Shown: positions 44,767-47,993 of the stretch, piece by piece
How the letters are laid out: the number at the start of each line of letters is the position of its first letter
Position numbering within the stretch: the first letter of the stretch is position 1
Source: Rhodothermales bacterium
GTDB taxonomy: Bacteria; Bacteroidota; Rhodothermia; Rhodothermales; VXPQ01
Direction: 5' to 3'
Length of the DNA stretch: 47,993 nt
Assembly: GCA_040904565.1 (NCBI GenBank)
Contig: JBBDTI010000003.1
Span: forward strand, 1-47,993
Notes under the pieces: model-generated
What the model was told of the DNA's origin: nothing
Databases searched by the model: none
Seen by the model: the letters and a program-made list of their open reading frames with translations, nothing else
Position numbers and translations under genes: made by a program

Positions 44767-44950
44767 GGCGTCGTCCCGTAGGGTGAGAGCATATCGATAA
44801 CATAAAGATCACCGCTCCGGGGAAGAAGCAATGTAGTCGATACCAGCGCTTGCTCTACAGGTAATCCCCTACTTCCGTATAAGTAAGAAGACTACATTTC
44901 GCAGCATCCTTCGGACCTGCGAGACCGGTTCCGATGGTCGGTCCCGCCGG

Positions 44951-46105
44951 TCACAGACGGAGGAGGCGATTTGCGAGGCGTTCCAGGACGTGCGCCCAGG
45001 CCGGTCGATCCCTCCACTCGTCCACATAGATTTCCCGCCCTTGTGCGGTGCGCCGATCGAATTCCACTTCGAGTCGTCGCGCGAGCTCCGCGTCCGTTGA
45101 GGCGATGCCGATTTCGAGATTGTGCCGGCTGCCGTACACGTCTACGTTGTAGGACCCGACGATGCTGTAACGACCGTCGATGGTGAGGCTCTTGGCGTGA
45201 AGGTTCGGATGCTGCAACTCAAAGATGCGAACCCCGGCCCTCAGAAGCATTTCGTAGAGGTGGCGTCCAGCCATTCGGGCGAGCGGCACGTCGGTGCGGC
45301 CCGCCGTCATGAGGCGTACGTCCGCGCCGCGTCGTGATGCGGCGGTGAGGGCCGCAACGAACCAGTCGGGAGGAATGAGATAGGGCGTCATCACCAGACA
45401 CGTGTCAGCCGTCAGCTCGAGAGCGTTCTCAAGGGCCAGGTCGAGATCCCGCCGTCCGTCTTTCCCGCTGAGGGCAAGGACCTGGGCCACGGATCCATTC
45501 TTGATTTCGGAAGGGCGAGGCGGCACGGGGGGCGCGTCGCCCGTCACGGTAAGCAGGGTATCCAGGAAAGCGGCGGCCATGTCCTGGACGACGGGGCCCT
45601 CCGCCTGCAGGGTTAGATCGAAGAAGAGTTCCGGGCCCGGACCACCGTAGTCCAGGCTGACGTTCGCTCCGCCGCAGAATCCCACATCGTCGGTGATGAG
45701 GAGCTTGCGGTGGTCGCGGTGCCGCACGGACTCGAGCTTTCTTCCGATCTTCCGCCATGGCAGGATGGGATTGAATACCGCGGCCCGCCCGCCCGCCTCG
45801 AGAATAGGCTGAATGTATCGCCGGTCGATCTTGGGTGATCCCCAGCGGTCGATGAGGAGAATGACGCTACACCCTCTCCTCGCCGCATCGACGAGGGCCC
45901 CGCGCGCCATGTCCCCCACTTCGTCCGGCTCGAAGATGTAGGTTTCCAGCCAGACGCGTTCTTTCGCGCCCTGCATGGCCTGGAATGCCGCTTCGAATGC
46001 ATCATCCCCATCGGTATACAGGTGAAGTCTGTTGCCGCCGACCGATCGGTACTGCGTTTTCAGGCCGTCACCCGGTGTCCCTATCGATGTAGGGGAAGTC
46101 CCCAT
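44951..46105 (-). CDS. Cardiolipin synthase, ClsB-like phospholipase D
   Basis: Two HKD motifs (HRKLLITD, HAKSLTID), LETYIF, TPYLIP and GSYN; no N-terminal transmembrane anchor. Confidence 0.88.
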   Translation of the reverse strand: MGTSPTSIGTPGDGLKTQYRSVGGNRLHLYTDGDDAFEAAFQAMQGAKERVWLETYIFEPDEVGDMARGALVDAARRGCSVILLIDRWGSPKIDRRYIQPILEAGGRAAVFNPILPWRKIGRKLESVRHRDHRKLLITDDVGFCGGANVSLDYGGPGPELFFDLTLQAEGPVVQDMAAAFLDTLLTVTGDAPPVPPRPSEIKNGSVAQVLALSGKDGRRDLDLALENALELTADTCLVMTPYLIPPDWFVAALTAASRRGADVRLMTAGRTDVPLARMAGRHLYEMLLRAGVRIFELQHPNLHAKSLTIDGRYSIVGSYNVDVYGSRHNLEIGIASTDAELARRLEVEFDRRTAQGREIYVDEWRDRPAWAHVLERLANRLLRL

Positions 46106-46375
46106 ACTGAAGCGGTGGCTTTGGAGGGGTCGAATCCTCGTAATACGATGATCCGAACCGGATCAGGCGTCACTAAATTATATGATCTGATATTACATGA
46201 AGGGGCCGCACGTTCGTTTCAGCTATCGCTTTTAACCGTACGATTTAACCGTGCGCGGCGTTCGAGAATCTATAGCGTGAGGAACTCTTGTGCGAGCCGT
46301 TGAAGGCGTAGGAATGCGTCTGTGTGGGTGTGTTAGAAGAAGTAAGCTAAGTCAGTGACGAAAGGAGGGACTATC

Positions 46376-46762
46376 ATGAGTAGCTATTATCATTCGAAAA
46401 CGCTGAATCTGTCCATAGACGCGGCGGAGGAACGGGTGCGCGAGGAGCTTAAGAAGGAGGGCTTCGGCGTGTTGACCGAGATCGACGTGCGAGCTACGCT
46501 CAAGAAAAAACTAGACGTAGACGTTCCGCCGTACAAAATCCTCGGCGCCTGTAATCCCGCGTTTGCGCACAAAGCGCTCCAGACGGAGAACAAGATCGGT
46601 ACCATGCTTCCCTGCAACGTCGTCGTACAGGAGGTGGATGGTAAGGTCGAAGTTGCCGTTGTCGATCCGGTAGCATCGATGCAGGCGGTCGGCAATGAGT
46701 CGCTTGTGGGGATCGCCTCCGAAGTTCGCGACAAGCTCAAGACGGTTCTGGACCGTTTATAG
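46376..46762 (+). CDS. DUF302 domain protein
   Basis: AAAGGAGG RBS; GFGVLTEID...LKKKL...Y.ILGACNP...IGTMLPCNVVV. Confidence 0.92.
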   Translation: MSSYYHSKTLNLSIDAAEERVREELKKEGFGVLTEIDVRATLKKKLDVDVPPYKILGACNPAFAHKALQTENKIGTMLPCNVVVQEVDGKVEVAVVDPVASMQAVGNESLVGIASEVRDKLKTVLDRL

Positions 46763-46868
46763 CGGCACGCGGACAGTACGGGCTCGTATAACCTTTTCTT
46801 CGGCCGCGTGACGATCGAAGCGGCGTCGAACGGCCGCGATCTCGTGCAAGGAGTCCGATCGTGGATCC

Positions 46869-47885
46869 TCATGGGGCGAGGAGATCCTCGGGTGCAAGGA
46901 GCACGGCGACGACGAGGGCGGCAATCAGCACGAGCCAGCCGATGACGGCGATCCGGGTTTTCTTTCTGGCTTCTTCCTCTTCATACCACTTGGACGGTCG
47001 GATGCCGTGCAGGAAAAAGGTCACGACGGACGCGAGGTTGACCGACGCGACGTTGATCAGCAGCAGCAGCGAGGCGTTGTAGGCGAGCAGCCAGCGCCCG
47101 GCGCCGAGGAGCATCCCGAGAGCTACCAGCGGGGGGAGCAGGGCAACGGCGACCATGACGCCGATGAGCGCGGTGGACATGCCGCGCGTGACGGACAGGG
47201 CGCCCGCCACGCCGGCTGCAAGCGCAAGGACGATAGAGCCGAGGTCGACGTAAGCACGCGAGGCGACCTGGTCCGTCAGGGAAAAGTCCAGCACGAGTCC
47301 GATGCTGACCGACAGCGCCAGGGCCAGTATGAGTCCGATTACATTCACGCGCAGCGCCCGAACGAGAAGGCCGGTATCTCCGAGCGTCGTGGCGAGCGCA
47401 AGGGCCAGGTTCGGCCCGATGAGGGGTGCGATCACCATGGCACCTACGACGACGGCCACGTCGTCGCGGAGCATCCCTCCGGCTGCGACGACGGTAGAGA
47501 GCAGCACGAGGATGTAATAGATGGACGATCCTTTGACCGACTCGCTGACGTCCGCATAGACCTCCTCGCGGCTAATGCGCGGCGCCCGGTTGTTGTCTGC
47601 CTCGGATTCGTCCGCTCCGGGATCTTCCTTCGCGTTGTCATCCTCCCGGGGAAGCGTCGCCTCAACGGGCAGCAGTACGATGCGAAAAGCTTCGGAGCCG
47701 CCCCACCGGTCATCGACCGCGTCGATGAAGTCCTCCGTGTCTTCCGAATTGATGAGGGCTCGAATAAGACGGCCCTTATCTTCCAATCGGATGACCCGCT
47801 TGTCGAGCAAGGCGTGATCGTCAACCCACTCCTCCGAGGGCTCGCGGCCTTCTGGAAGGTATATTTCAACCAGGCGTAGCGCCAT
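46869..47885 (-). CDS. TIGR00341/DUF389 family membrane protein
   Basis: MALRLVEI, RISREE, VVVGAMVIAPLIGP and GVMVAVALLPP; about 7 transmembrane segments. Confidence 0.9.
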   Translation of the reverse strand: MALRLVEIYLPEGREPSEEWVDDHALLDKRVIRLEDKGRLIRALINSEDTEDFIDAVDDRWGGSEAFRIVLLPVEATLPREDDNAKEDPGADESEADNNRAPRISREEVYADVSESVKGSSIYYILVLLSTVVAAGGMLRDDVAVVVGAMVIAPLIGPNLALALATTLGDTGLLVRALRVNVIGLILALALSVSIGLVLDFSLTDQVASRAYVDLGSIVLALAAGVAGALSVTRGMSTALIGVMVAVALLPPLVALGMLLGAGRWLLAYNASLLLLINVASVNLASVVTFFLHGIRPSKWYEEEEARKKTRIAVIGWLVLIAALVVAVLLAPEDLLAP

Positions 47886-47911
47886 ATGCAGTCATCTGTC
47901 TCCGTTTAGGA

Positions 47912-47946
47912 CATGGCTAAGATAATCGCATGGCTAAGATAATCGC
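47912..47946. repeat. Perfect 17-bp tandem duplication
   Basis: CATGGCTAAGATAATCG occurs twice (47912-47928 and 47929-47945), followed by C. Confidence 0.9.
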
Positions 47947-47993
47947 TGCCATCGTACCCTTTGGAACCCTTTGCGGAACTCCCTGCGAACTTC

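Noticed and set aside
46122-46139. TGGAGGGGTCGAATCCTC resembling the tRNA-Leu T-arm (possible att remnant)
   Set aside because: Short, needs an indel and two mismatches, and lacks the acceptor-stem sequence; compatible with chance.
47912-47946. CRISPR array
   Set aside because: Only two adjacent 17-bp copies with no spacer and no cas genes.

Overview
A GC-rich, gene-dense bacterial window, probably from Rhodothermota/FCB (inferred from an orphan T9SS-type C-terminal tail and Bacteroidota-like gene families). It holds tRNA-Asn(GTT), tRNA-Leu(CAG) and about 36 CDS. I see no integrase, transposase, CRISPR array or rRNA. From 0.3 to 36 kb most proteins look exported (Sec, Tat or lipoprotein): an M1 peptidase, a clostripain-like lipoprotein, two Tat Gfo/Idh/MocA oxidoreductases, two DUF1080 proteins, PQQ/GSDH-type propellers fused to cytochrome c or cupredoxin, a sulfatase and amidohydrolases. 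The most notable feature is a ~9.4 kb minus-strand cluster plus a divergent RraA-like gene, in which normally cytoplasmic enzymes (RidA, SelA/DgaE-like PLP lyase, COG3964-type deacetylase, lactonase, RraA-like aldolase) all carry export signals, suggesting a periplasmic amino-sugar-acid or D-amino-acid catabolic pathway. The right end (36-48 kb) is a stress-type block: Dabb, Tll0287-like haem protein, GH65 with beta-PGM, SDR, P2-type ATPase, cardiolipin synthase, DUF302 and TIGR00341. All family calls come from reading motifs by eye; no database searches were run.
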